Positions 1 through 58,354 of a DNA stretch of 64,000 nt are shown in pieces. The DNA is from Amoebidium appalachense. Taxonomy: Eukaryota; Protista; Ichthyosporea. A program made the translations under genes and the position numbers. The stretch covers positions 9,087,059-9,151,058 of the forward strand of contig CAVNZM010000002.1 in the NCBI GenBank assembly GCA_963693365.1. Reading direction: 5' to 3'. Numbering within the stretch: position 1 is the first letter of the stretch; each line of letters begins with the position of its first letter. A model generated the notes under the pieces. That model was not told the DNA's origin, did not search any database, and saw only the letters and a list, made by a program, of their open reading frames with translations.

Positions 1-206
1 GTTGCTGCACACATGTGGTTTTGAATTGTTGATTGCACTGACATGGATTGCACGGACCAAACCATGTGCTGGAGGCAAAGCCGTTGCCATGCTGGCCTAT
101 TCAAAGTTGTGGATGTCATATGAGGTGTAAGGTTGATGTTGCTTTACGGTTGTGAAAAAATGGTATGCGCATGGCCAGGCCCACAGCCAGAATGCCTTTC
201 ACTTAC

Positions 207-250
207 ATTCGTGTTGGAAACACGTTGATTCTGTCTCCCTGCCCAGACAT
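207..250 (-). CDS. ATP6V1D: V-type ATPase subunit D, first coding exon (gene continues off the left edge)
   Basis: Minus strand reads MSGQGDRINVFPTR-AT|GTAAGT. This matches the ATP6V1D/Vma8 N-terminus (MSG..R..(I/V)FP(S/T)RM) and ends at a consensus donor. Confidence 0.8.
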
Positions 251-2082
251 GATGAACTATGCCCTCTGTCCCTGGGGGGACCCGACAGTTAGAAAATATG
301 GAATGCTGAGAATAATGCCTTTCCTTTCTCCTATCTGTAAAAGTGATGCATGGTATAATTCGAGCTAAGAAATTCCCGTTTAGCAAGATGTCTTTCCAGA
401 GAAAAGATCGTGGCTGGTGTTATAAGGGAGCACATGTGGAATGAGTAGCTCCAGCAAACAAGCATTCGTAAGGGTATATAGAGCAGGTGTATGGAAGTAC
501 CATACTTTCCACTTATTCAGGCCGGCCCAACACAGCAGGTAACATGGAAGCTCAAAAAGCGAGTGGTAATCGTTCGCTAGATCGGGTAGATAACAGAGGT
601 TCCACATATGAAGGGAAGCAAGTCACACCTCAAAAAGTAGATTTGGAATATAGGACACTGTCAGAAGACAAGGGCAAGCTGATGCCTATATAAATCTAGA
701 CGACAATGCTCTCCCTCCTATGAAAAAATCTCTCTGGACTTTGAAGCTTCGTTTTTCTTGACTCCAAAACTTCGTTTTTTCAGTGCAACAAGCTTCGCAC
801 AAAAGCCTTCTCCTGATCTGACTGGCGATCCAGAGGAACTGCCTTTTATGGTAAATTTCCATTGACCAGCCGGCGCGGGCCGGCGCCAACATCCGCCGGC
901 ACCAGGTTCGGAGCCAGAAAAATGCAGCAAAAATGCCGAAAAGTCCTGTATTATCTATATGCTCATCATAATTGACAATATGATGATATAATAATACTCA
1001 TATATGTAGATACTGCATATTATTCTGATAATGACAGAGGGCTAAAACTGGTACTGTTGGCAGCCTCCGGAGGCTGGGGTGCCGTTTAAGCCAATAGCAC
1101 AGCCGTGGCATTAACCATAAAATGTTTTTACTATTTATAGTGTATTGATTCCTATAAATAGGTATGTCATCTATTTTTCAGGCCCGTTTGCGCAAACTCG
1201 AGTCCTGGATACGGAACCTTATAAGGCTAATCAGCGTTTGATCAGATAGGCTCTGCCCAGCGCGAGCCGCTCAACTCGGCGGGACAGATAAACGAACGGC
1301 CTCAGGCCACGGTGTGTTGCAAATGCACACAAAAAAAGAGCATGTTGCCTATACGTAGATGTTAGAGAGAAGCCCTCGGCTTTGTTTTAGGGTGTTGACT
1401 ATCTCGTCTGTCTGTATTTTATTTTTCTGTTTCCCCCCTTTTCGCCGCAGTTGCGTGTCTCAGCAGTCCTACTGCTTGAAGGGCGAGGTCTAGGGGTAGA
1501 CAATCATGGGATGACAAGCATTCCGGGTTACAGCAGTTCACACATGACAACAATAGAACAGTCAGACGCCATTTCAACTGCAGGGCACTCTGCTCGTTAT
1601 AATCTTGACGCATGAAAGTAAAGCCACTCGGGAAATCTTGTTCTCGTTTTTGGCCTTGTTAGAGTACTTGTGGTCTCGGTGGAACCTGCAAGACTACAGT
1701 GGATGTGTGCCAGGACGGTGCACATCTGGCGATGGCAAAGAAAACAGGTTTGTGTGGCTGAGTTACACACACATAGAGCCATATACGGGGTTTTTTGAGC
1801 TGAGATTCTTTGTTACGTCTAAATCTTTGTGCTTCTGGGAGGGACATGGTGTTGGATCCGCTTGAAGATCTACGCTATCAACGGGAAAATTTTTTGACAT
1901 ACAGGCACGACGCGTCACGAGCTTATGCGCAGGAAGACATAAAACGCGCATGCACACGTGCGGCTGTTTTTTTTTTTGTTTTTTTTTTCTCCCTTACAGA
2001 AAAACGGTTTTTATGTTTTGGTAACGCGCGTGTGCTCTATTTACTCTTCCACATCTGGTTGTCACGGGTGGCACTGGGGGGG

Positions 2083-2124
<42 letters not shown>

Positions 2125-2554
2125 GGGGGGGAGGGAAGGGGTGGGAGGGATGAGGGCAGGGGGCGTATGTGGGGGGTACAACATGCAAAGGCATGTGCAT
2201 GAAGGCACATATAAAACATATAAGGGTGCAAACATTCTGGACAAGCCCCTGGCAACACATACACTCAGGGTTGGCATAAGTTCCCCCGTCTGTGCGGATG
2301 CTGGTGCTTGCACGTGCACACGCACACGCACTTACTGAAATCGGAGACGTATTCATAGACACAAGTATACACTTCTGCACAGATGGATACATCCACATAG
2401 AAGTGCGGCACATATACGTAAGTAGGAAAAGACAATACGGCGGCCCACCATAGCTCGGAATGGCACATGCACAGATTCCTTACACAACACCTTTTCGCAC
2501 TTCATTTTATTCCAAACAGCAGATCGGCCGGGCAGCGAAGCTCGGAGGACAAGC

Positions 2555-29571
<27,017 letters not shown>

Positions 29572-30652
29572 CTTATTCTTTTGTTTTTCATTTTCCGTAA
29601 TCCCCGTAAGGGGTTGCGAAGAATGCAGGACGGAACGAGAAAGACGGTTGTGGTGGTGGAGGTGAAGGGGGAATATAATAGACGAAGACTGTGTAGCCGT
29701 TAGGGGGTTAAACGGCACCCACGTGCACAACCGTTTTAGGTTTATGTGACGCAGTCTCAACCAACCCACGCCTAAAAGAAACAAATGCATGCACACGCGT
29801 ACACGCACAGTGGCAAGCACGCAAACATACCGCCCACAGCCACACACGCACACGCACACGCACACATGCACAGACACAAAAACCGACCACATCAGCCCGC
29901 TTACGAACGAAGATGCTTCTGGTCTATTTTCTGCTATACGTCCCCTTTTTCGGTGGTGTTTGGGTTGGTAAACCTGTCACGTGCAGATTTTTTCATTGGG
30001 TATATAGACAGCATCGAATGCGTAGCTGAAAACATAGCATAAAGATTGGAATCTGCCATATAGAGCCGTCATTTGTAGGCACACAGAAAACTTGACGTTT
30101 ATCGAAGGTTGCTGTTCTGTGTATACATATATTCCTACATATCAAACTCAGAAAGTGGAGTCACTGGAAACATGTTTGATAGAAATCAAGGAGCAAGCAT
30201 GGTGTGTATAGATATGGTCCTAGATAGACTACGGTGTATTGTTATTACATTTCGGTTGTGTGGCTAGCTGTACCAAGATGATGCCACGTATTTTGTACAT
30301 GAATACAACCGGATTCTTTCCTCCGGAATAATCCCCATGAATAAAAAGGGCAGTCAGAATCTGCAAGTGCAACACGGTCCCAATAGTGTCTGCATGTATA
30401 TGTGTATACGTATGTGACGTGTGTGTATGCATGTGTGTGTGTGTGTGCCCGGGCGTGCGTGCAAGTGTGTGTGTATGTGTGTGCACGTGTGCCTGTGCCT
30501 GTGCCTGTGCCTGTGTGTGCGCGCGTGCGCGTTCACATGTGCCTGTGCTTGTGCATGTATGTGTGTGTGCGCGCGCGTGTGTGTGTAAAAATGAAGGCGG
30601 GTACGACGGTGTTTTTATTTTGGTGCTTTTTTTTTTTTGTGGGGCTTATCGT

Positions 30653-30717
<65 letters not shown>

Positions 30718-30737
30718 GTGGTGGTGGTGGTGGTGGT

Positions 30738-30779
<42 letters not shown>

Positions 30780-31571
30780 CTGGTGCTGGGCTGGGCTGCA
30801 GCTCAGCCTGTCTGTTTTATGTGGGATTTTGTGCGCAGTTTTGCACGCATCAACGGTCATGTGTAATTGATCCCCTAAAAAAACAATAGAATCAAGCTGT
30901 TGGTGGAGCACGCATGCACGTTTAGCGACAGCAGGAAAAAACGCAGCAAAATTTTAAATTTTTAAAACGTAAGGTAGGAAGAATATCATTCCCGGCCCAG
31001 CTCAGAACAATTAATGGAATTTGTTGTGTCTCGTTGGATATCCGGTGAAACTATCTAAGCGACTATCTCGTTGTGTCTATGGCAATTGTACCATACAACC
31101 ATTCTTAGCCCTATATGATGCCCCAATCTAAATTAAATTTATAAGAAAGAAAAAAACATTAACATTCATGCGCAGATTGACATTCATGAGCACAAAATGT
31201 ACACCATTTTGGGATGCATACACGAACAGAATGATGTATTGGCCAATCAACCTATAGGGAAGCCAAAAGTAGCGTCTATCTTACTTTTTTCCGGCAAAGC
31301 TAAAGAATTGCGGGAGAGAAAAATACAGGGAATGGTGCAGCTGCAAACGGTTCCGAGTGCGGAAACTGTAAAAGTCTGTCATATATACCAGGAAGCCTAG
31401 TCTCCTCACAGATTAGTTATGTGAAAAACCTATAACTCTCAAACCCGACTTTCGAGCACCCACTCACATGCACATTCAAATAGTTATCATCAAGAGCAAC
31501 CTCCGCTAAAACCCCATCATACCAAATAAATATTTGACAAATCATATAATCTACATCTGCCTTAATAGTGA

Positions 31572-33332
31572 CTAGAACCCCTGAAAGCACACATCATAGT
31601 GAGGCAAGTAGTTGATCTTCCCATCTCCTGCCGGCCCATGGCTCTCATCCACCGACTCCCACACTCGCGGAAGATACGCCGCGGGGACCCTCACGAGCTC
31701 ATCCCTCCTCCACCCCCTCATCCCATTTCGTGGAAGAATCCAGAACATGCATATCCGGCCACGTATATTCAGGAATGGTGCCGGGGAGGGGGTAAGCCTG
31801 CGCCGAACCCGGTTTCCCATCCACCCGCGGCCTCTCTTGGATATCCTTCCAGAATGCCACCATGAACGTAATCCTTCGATTCCTTCCATCGTTTTCCCCA
31901 CCTTCATCACCCGTTCCCCCGTCGCCCATGTACTGCGGTAGGAAGGACCGCCCAGGAATGACGCCATGGAGCACCTTACCGTCAAACATGACCAATCTGT
32001 TCACTTTCGGGTGAACAATCCATCCTTCGTGCGCAAGTCTCTTATCGATTAGATGTTGGTCTGTTACCATCGTGGGCCCGCCCACACCCGTGCCCGTCAG
32101 GTACACCACACACGAGATGATGGGATTGCGAATGCCGTTTCTCCCTTCGTCGTCGGAGTCGAAATGCAACTGGTGACCAGATGGATGTGGCCTACAATGC
32201 GCCCACCATTCCGCCATTTTCGCGTCCTTCACCCCTGGAAAATGATTCACCGCCACTGATTGCAACATGTCGAATGATTACATCGAGCGCGGATTGCGGT
32301 TCGCCGGAAAGGGCATGCAGGTAGGAAAAGTAAGGGGGTGGGGCAGTAGTTGTATTCGCTGTTGTAGTTGTGTTCGCTCCAAAAGCGCGATCCATGCCCA
32401 TATGCCCGCTGCATGTGATTGAGCATTTTGGCGCTAAGTACATTGTCCACTGCTTGCACGAGGTTGTCCCCGGGTTTCAATGGGATGGGCTCCCCAGGTA
32501 AAGGGTAGTGTAGAACATCACGTGAAAGGCGGAACTGAAACCCGAACCGCTTAAGGTATTCACGTGCCTCTTTATCCCTTCCCTCCTGACACAAGAGAAG
32601 TATCAACCGCGTCTGCGCAATGTTTCTTGTCGCATCATCCTTTGAACATGTTGGGCCGGGCTGTAGTGGGTTAGTGAGGTAGGTACCCAGTGCGACACGT
32701 AGATATTTCTCCGTTTCGTTAATGTCTCCCTGCGTCCGCGCCTCGGAATGTATCACCTGCGACAGATTTAGCGCGGCCTCCACATGACCCGGGTAGCACT
32801 CCAGTGCCTGTTCATAGATCCTTCTGGCCCCCTCTAGATCTCCCTTCGACTCACTCTTTTTCGCCAACTCCACCAAACTCTCCGCCCGTTTCTGCGCGTC
32901 TAAACTCGACGCTGCCTCGAGGAAGAACGCCTGGAACTGCTCCAGTGTCATGCTGCCGCGGCATTTCGTGCGTGCGTACGTGTTTGCTGATGGAATGATG
33001 TAGTTCTCTGTGTCTGTTTGGGTGATTCCCAACTCATCCCAAGCAAAACTGCACAGGAGGGTGAGCTCGTCCGAGTCTGCTTTAAACCTCCCATTCTCCT
33101 CTACGTCTAACTCGTTAAACTCCTGCTCCAGTGCTTGCGCAAGAGACTGTGCTTTCTGTGCGAGTGGGCCGGAAGTGTCCGTGTGTCTTTTCTTGGCCCT
33201 TTTCTTGGAGGATGTGTGCGAGTTGTTGCCCTTTTCTGCGTGTTCATCATCGGAAATGGGTGTGATCTCCCAACCCTCGTTACCAATGGGCCTTTTGTTT
33301 GTGCGCGCAGCACGCTTTGGTGCCATTTTCAT
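31572..33332 (-). pseudogene. Intronless TPR-containing protein with a C-terminal 2OG-Fe(II) oxygenase-like domain; three +1 frameshifts (pseudogene or assembly indels)
   Basis: TPR-like GDLEGARRIYEQALECYPGHVEAALNL. Oxygenase motifs EWWAH, HQLHFDSDD (HxD), SCVVYL, GGPT, NRLVMFDGKVLHGV, RITFMVAFW. The frame changes near 32335, 32268 and 31703, and the last frame ends LPHYDVCFQGF*. Confidence 0.75.
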
Positions 33333-34096
33333 ATGCAACAAAAGATATACAAACACTAAGTCAGTTTTACGTGTGTGGCAAAAAACATGTCCAATTACTT
33401 TTGTGTTTCTGTGTGTTCTGGGCGCCCAGATGTGCACGTGGTTTTCGGCAAGATTCCAAACCTCGGGTGTTAGAGTGAGATTACCGTAGTCAAGATCCCT
33501 GTGAGCAGGCCTACCTCGGGAATAACTCTGCGGAATTTGCTGCTCGAATTTCGACTTCAGTCACCACCCACTCCCGCGGTTTTCTTCATTACCCACTTAA
33601 GCTTAGCGCTGCTTTGTAAAAAGAAGGACGGCTTCTTGCCACTGACGGACGCTAGCTGCACTTTATTCTATATTTGAAACCTAGACTTTTTTCAACAGCA
33701 CACCAACCTTTTATGTCAAAGGAGTAGAAAGCATCGTACGTAAGTTGGCTTTGTGGAAGTGCAAGGTGGAAAGCGACAGGAAAACATGCGGAAGGTTACC
33801 AACTAGGAGCAAACCGAGACAGCAGAAGCAATTTTGAGAAGGAAGGTTAGAAAACGAATGTATGGCACATGTGTTGATCCACGCTGAGAGGCTTTTTTTG
33901 AAGTAACCATCATGATTCTGTACTCTGCAGCATAGGGCTCAGCATCTTTCTCCCTCACAGAGATCCCTCCCCCCCCCCCCCCTCCTCTCCCCCCGCCCCT
34001 CCCCCCCTCCCCCCTCCCCCCCCCCCCCCCCCCCCCCCCCCTCCTTCTTCCCCATCTTCTGCTCTTCTTATTGCATTTCCTAAATAAATTCTGAAA

Positions 34097-42291
<8,195 letters not shown>

Positions 42292-43287
42292 TGGCGTCAT
42301 TACAAACTTGGACGAAGCGGGTCTCGTGCCGTGCAGGCCTTTGGGATTTCCACATCCCATCCCAGTTTTCCTGTGTGGAATGACGTCTATTGGTGTTTTT
42401 TGTTGTTGGCTTTTTTTGTTTGTTTGCTTTTTGTTTTTTTGTTTTTTTGTTTTTTTGTTTTTTTGTTTTGTGGGGGGGGGAGGGGGCTTCCACCATGCCT
42501 GCTGATTGTATCTGAGCGAAGTGAAGCTGTATAATGGTGGTTGGTGGTTGGTTTGAGTAGTAAGACAACGGGAACATCTTGATGCTATCACTTATGCATG
42601 TTATTCAGGGTGGTATGCTGTTAGAACGTAGTGTACACAGGGCAGATGGTGCTTATTTATCTGTACCAATACGTGTGTGCGCGGTGTATTCCCACGTCCC
42701 TCTTTTCAGAGGGCCGTGGTATTCCTCACCTTTGTGGCTCGCTGTATATATGCCGTTCATCTTTAGTTTCTCTGGTCTTGAAACACAAGAACGTGTTATT
42801 TGCCCTGTGATAGCTGTTTCTGCAAAAGGCTAGCAGAAAGATCCCAAGTCACAGTCACCCCCATATCCCCTTAGCTTCGGACCCCTTCTCTCCCCTCCTC
42901 TTCTCCCCCCCGGCGCCCATTTCCACACTTCTATGTGCTTTTCTTTCTCTGATCACACCTTCCTCCTTTTCTTGGGTATGGGATTGGATTCGAGTGCCTT
43001 GATGAATTTGAATGAGTTGACCAAGACAGGATGTCTGTCGGATGTTCTCTAAGAAATATGAAATCGTTTTGCAGTAATGATTTGTACTTGCCTGTATGGT
43101 GAGTTGATGCCGTGAATAGGTGTTGAAATATTAACTAATATACCAAGTGCAATACAGACAGTGCGTATAAAAACAATTAGTAATACCTACAATACAAAAG
43201 TAATGCGTAATAAAATGATACTTTTTGACTTGAAGCAAACTTCAAGCATTCTGAGGCTTCCAATGCCCAATGCTCTGGGCCGTGTCG

Positions 43288-43337
<50 letters not shown>

Positions 43338-43835
43338 CGCGCGTGTGCGTAGCACTGCATCGTGTTCTGGAATGGCGGCAGTGTGGGGTCTGTACACATG
43401 TGTGGGTGGTTTTTTTTTTTTTTTTTTTGATAATGACTTTATTGAGATGCTCATCAAAAGAGAAGCATTCGAGATATTACAGATATCTCAGAGAAGAAAA
43501 CACAAAAAAGCCTTACTCTCGGGTATGTACGGAGGAGATAACGACTAAGATAATCATATACCCGAGAAAACTCATTAAACACACGGTGATTTAACAGATA
43601 GTCAATAGAAGTAATATCAGCATTATCTAAGTAAGCTAATCGTCTAAGTTCGAACGGAATAATCTGAGATAAATAAATACATCTATCTATATGTTTGCGA
43701 GAACAAGGTTCAGCACAAAAGTGGCACAAACATTTATGGACACAAAGGTTACAACGCCAAAACAAACACTTCCAAGCAATATCATGGCACAAGAAGGGGT
43801 GAGAATGGCAATATCGGTGTTTTTTTTTTTTTTTT

Positions 43836-43909
<74 letters not shown>

Positions 43910-44075
43910 AGGGGCAGGGGAGGGAGGGGGGAAGGAGATTAGAGGGGTTGAACCACTAGGAAAGGTGGGAAATTCGAATCCCACAACAGTTGGTTAAGAC
44001 GCAGATAAACACCAATTTGAGTACCTACACAACCACAAAAGGCGCATGCGCGGAGGGGCGAGGGAGGGGGGCTCT

Positions 44076-44149
<74 letters not shown>

Positions 44150-44254
44150 GGCCCTCTGAAAGGCCGTCTTTTTTTCAGAGGGGGGGGGGGGGGGGTTCTA
44201 TCTTTATTATTATTATTATTAGTATTATTATTTGGTGTGTGTGTGTTCGGGGCT

Positions 44255-44523
44255 CTGCACTTGCGGTAGCCGTCCCAGCCGCTCCAGCGTGTGCAATAGC
44301 GGTTGGTGTAGTAGTAGTCGCAGGCCCCCTCAGCGATGTAGTTGTCCCAATCGCCGCACGACATGACGTAGTTCTTGCTGCTGCGCCGCGAGCGCTCCTT
44401 ACAGTGGCTCTCTGCATGGTCGTGGCCCAGCTGGCCGTCAAAAAGAGGCGCCGTGGGCGCGGTGGCCGTGGCGGTGCAGGTGGAGGCAGGGGCGGCAAAA
44501 ACGGCGGCAACAGCAAATTTCAT
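44255..44523 (-). pseudogene. 3'-truncated copy of the Cys-rich prepropeptide gene
   Basis: MKFAVAAVFAAP...RSRRSSKNYVMSCGDWDNYIAEGACDYYYTNRYCTRWSGWDGYRKC, then runs into simple repeats. It lacks the terminal AKYCCAS* and has an L->P change in the signal peptide. Confidence 0.75.
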
Positions 44524-45338
44524 GGTGGTAGAACTTTCTTGGTTATAAGCTTATGATTTCGTGTGTGGACGCCTTTCTGAGGGAAGCCGGTGAGTGATTG
44601 TTGTTTTAAGTGTGGCAGTGAACGTTTGTGTGGTGTCCGGTTTTTATCCTTTTGCTGTTGCCGCAGGAATGCGGCTTGTCATCAACCGTCATCCAGTGGC
44701 CGTGACTGACCGCCGGGGCATCTGATGACTGAACTTGAACACCTACCTAAACCAGAATCCTTATTTTCCAGTCATTGATTTAAACTGAGCTAGGCTTCAA
44801 GTAATAGTTGCCGTTGCGGTACAGCAGCCTGAATCCTCCGCAAGAACTTCAGCGGCTCTGTTAGTCATCTGCACAGGTCACAGCCATTGGCTAAATTTAT
44901 TGAAGTGAAAGATTGGATAACTAGTCGCCATCACGTTGACGACTCAACAGACGGCATGCTTGTTAGACACAGTTTTGTCAGTTTACTTTGTGCAGTTTAC
45001 TCTTTGGCAATAGCCAAGCCCTTGAATAACAAGGCTATCATCATACAAGAACTTGCGAACTCTGTGTGATATGTTTCACCCAAATGATTTCATTGAGCAT
45101 TCCACCGTCGCGCCCGCATGAGACAGGGATGACGGGGATGACGATTGATGACAAAGCGCATTCCTGCGTCAAAACATAAGCATAAAAACCAATGTGAGCC
45201 TCAAGCCATCCACCAAAACACCACACAATCCACACGGAGTAACAAAGACCCAGCGGTATCCCTCAGCTGACTTGACAAGCGACCAGAATCTGATACGAAA
45301 TCATCAGCCACGTGCACAGCCCAACCGCCATCGATATC

Positions 45339-45647
45339 ATGAAGTTTGTTGTTGCCGCCGTTTTTGCCGCCCTTGCCTCCACCTGCACCGCCACGGCCAC
45401 CCCGCCCACGGCCCCTGTTGCTGACGGCCAGCTGCGCCACGACAACGCAGAGAAGCACAATGATGTAGATGCTGCAGTGGAGCGCTCGCGGCGCAGCAGC
45501 GAGAACTACGTCATGTCGTGCGGCGATTGGGACAACTACATCGCTGAGGGGGCCTGCGACTACTACTACACCAACCGCTATTGCACACGCTGGAGCGGCT
45601 GGGACGGCTACCGCAAGTGCAGCGCAAAGTACTGCTGCGCCAGCTAG
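45339..45647 (+). CDS. Secreted cysteine-rich prepropeptide (102 aa; predicted 50-aa mature peptide)
   Basis: Signal-like MKFVVAAVFAALASTCTA, acidic pro-region, RSRR convertase site, mature C-x11-C-x8-C-x11-C-x4-CC. GC-rich codons, no introns, and a near-identical paralog. Confidence 0.85.
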   Translation: MKFVVAAVFAALASTCTATATPPTAPVADGQLRHDNAEKHNDVDAAVERSRRSSENYVMSCGDWDNYIAEGACDYYYTNRYCTRWSGWDGYRKCSAKYCCAS

Positions 45648-46039
45648 GCACTTACCTTAGGCCCATGGGATCACCTCGGTTTAGTTTTGGCAGGTGCTGT
45701 GTGGAAGAAGTTTTTAGTTCTTTCAGCCTCTCAGACGTATGTATTTGCAGATGCCCTGTCTGAATCCTATGTATTATCAGGTAATCGTAAAATATAGATA
45801 TTACAACTGTTATAGCAACTGTGTACGGTACTAATTAGCTAGTACCACCATGTATCTTGGTCACCATTGAGTCACTGTTTTCCTATGACTCTGAAAGAAA
45901 TAAACATTATCATGGAAATGGTCAGCTCTTACAATGTACCATGCTACCCCCCTTTTTCCCACCGGCAATACGGTGACCCACAGGTTTCCCCAAAAAATCA
46001 TGTACATGGCCTGCACCTGACGCTGTGTGTGTCCGCGCG

Positions 46040-47250
<1,211 letters not shown>

Positions 47251-47460
47251 AAACAAATTAAAAGGAAAGCAAAGAAAAAACAAAAGAAAAAAATTAGAAG
47301 AATAAGGAATATAAAAAATATCCCATCAGAAAAAGGCCCTCCGGTGGATGAGAAGGGGGAGGGGGAATGGGAGGAAGTGAGCGGGGGGGGGGGGGGGGGG
47401 GGGGGGGGGAGGGGGGGGAAGAGGGGGGGGGGGGGGTGGATAAGAGTTTTTTTTTTTTTT

Positions 47461-47491
<31 letters not shown>

Positions 47492-47595
47492 GGGGGGGAT
47501 GGGATCTTAAAAATGATATTGAACCCTTGCACAATCTACGACGTCGTCCCATCATCATAATGGGCCTGGCCTCGACTCAATTCCGGACTTCGGAC

Positions 47596-47645
47596 GCTGG
47601 GACGGCTACCGAAAGTGCAGCGCAAAGTACTGCTGCGCGAGCTAG
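47596..47645 (+). pseudogene. Orphan 3' fragment of the Cys-rich peptide gene
   Basis: GCTGGGACGGCTACCGAAAGTGCAGCGCAAAGTACTGCTGCGCGAGCTAG encodes WDGYRKCSAKYCCAS*. Confidence 0.8.
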
Positions 47646-48981
47646 CTAGGCACCATGGCAAACCTTAAACTCTTGTACAGTATGTGTTAATTTGCCCATT
47701 AGTGGGCAGGTCGGGCTGTACATACCAACAACATACGAAGACAATGATGTATTATATTAGTACAGAACGTTGAAACGTGTAAATCAAACCACCACGTGCT
47801 CGACGTCGATCGACTGGCAGTGCCGCTGGGCGGCTGAATGTATAAGCAAATATCAATCCTTGACAATAAACTGGGCCAGAGTTTGGCATTTAAAACAAAC
47901 CCCTCTTAAGGTTATTATCCTAAAACCCGAATTCCTCCTCGTGGTCCCCATCTGACCCCCAAAACTGGTGATCCAGAGTTCATCTTATAACCTCGGACAC
48001 ATATGTGCATGGGCACGCTGCAAAATGCCAAAAAATAACAAATAAAAAGATAAATAAAAGAATAGAGGTAGCTAGAGTTGGCTCCCTGAGGCCATTAACC
48101 CATGGAAAGGATACGTTGTCTAGATAGACACTGGGTTTGAAAGATGCTGGTTTGGAACGTCGACAGCAACGATATATTAACTGGTTTTTTAAAAATATCG
48201 GCATATGATCGAATAATAGTATCCGCCCACTCAAATATTTAAACCGCGGCCCTGCGGGACCGTCATCATATTATCGTATTACGTGCGTCTGTCAATGTTG
48301 TGTCATGCAAGGGAGAGTGTGCAGGCGCATTTGTGTGAACTATTAGTGGGACCCGGGGGGGGGGGGGGGGGGGGAGGGGGGGGGAGGGGGGGGAGGGGGG
48401 TGGGGGGGGGGAGAGAGAGAGAGAGAGAGAGAGGAGGGGGGATACGTGAAAATATCATCTTTTTTATTTCATGATCAATTGCAAAAATACAACATCTGCC
48501 GATCGAGTTGTTGGCATACATGCATCATTGAAAAATATGTACAAAGTAAACTGTACACGGGAGAAGAAGAGAGAGACGAAACATACTGAATACTAATATG
48601 CGTACAGAGGTGGACCTATGGCTCAATGTCTGCCAGATCTAGTCTGAAAATGCATTTCACTGCCGCTGTGTTTCTCAAATTTCAAGTAACACATTATGAA
48701 GGAAAAAGACTCTTTCGTGTTGTAGCGTTGGATTAGCAGTCAAATACGAAAATGCAGAGAGATAGAAAAGCCACAGAATTGGTTCACCTTATGACTTAAA
48801 GTTGGCCGCTCACAGTCGATCATCATGAAATGAGAAACCACAAGAAGTGTAGAACATGGCGTTCAAGAAAACACCTGTTTAAAAGGGGTGAAAATGAAAG
48901 GGAAACTGGCATGATCACACAAAAACATCGTGCAGGCGACATTTCCTGTTTCTCATACCTTTTTCTCCTCCCTCTTATTTG

Positions 48982-49013
<32 letters not shown>

Positions 49014-49054
49014 GTTAACCCCCCCCCCCCCAGCCCAAAACATCTCCTGTCCAA

Positions 49055-57891
<8,837 letters not shown>

Positions 57892-58321
57892 GGTGACTTT
57901 GAAATGGGAGAAATAAAAGGGAGAAAAAAAAGAGACAGGAGCTCTGGTTGGGTAGAATGATCGTCGAGGTTTACACCAGAAGATGTTTCGCTGCTTTAGT
58001 GGCTGCACGCAGACATTGCAACAAGAGACAATACCCGGTAACAAGAGACAAAACCTCAAAGTGAATGCCGATGCTCGCAAACAGGTACCTGTTCTCTCGC
58101 ATACCCCCAACCCCTTCTGATGCTACTACTGGGCCCAGATCACACTGCTCGTTCACCAACCGAATCAACTTTCTTTCAGCATAGATTTACTGCCAATTTG
58201 CCTTGCCTTGACAGAAAACACACTACAAGACACACTGTATGATACCTTTGTTTCCAATGTTTCCCTTGCTGCGAAGTTTTGGTCTCCAAGGTGCCGTCAT
58301 TTGGGAATTTCAAAAGCAATA

Positions 58322-58354
58322 TGATTGGATTAGGGGACATCAAATGACGTCATT
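58322..58354. promoter_or_regulatory. CCAAT box and CRE-like palindrome upstream of the MFS gene
   Basis: GATTGG followed by the 12-bp palindrome AATGACGTCATT, about 450 nt upstream of the ATG. Confidence 0.3.

Noticed and set aside
44250-44262. Intron rescuing the truncated peptide copy via a GTGCAG donor
   Set aside because: No downstream minus-strand exon encoding CSAKYCC was found.
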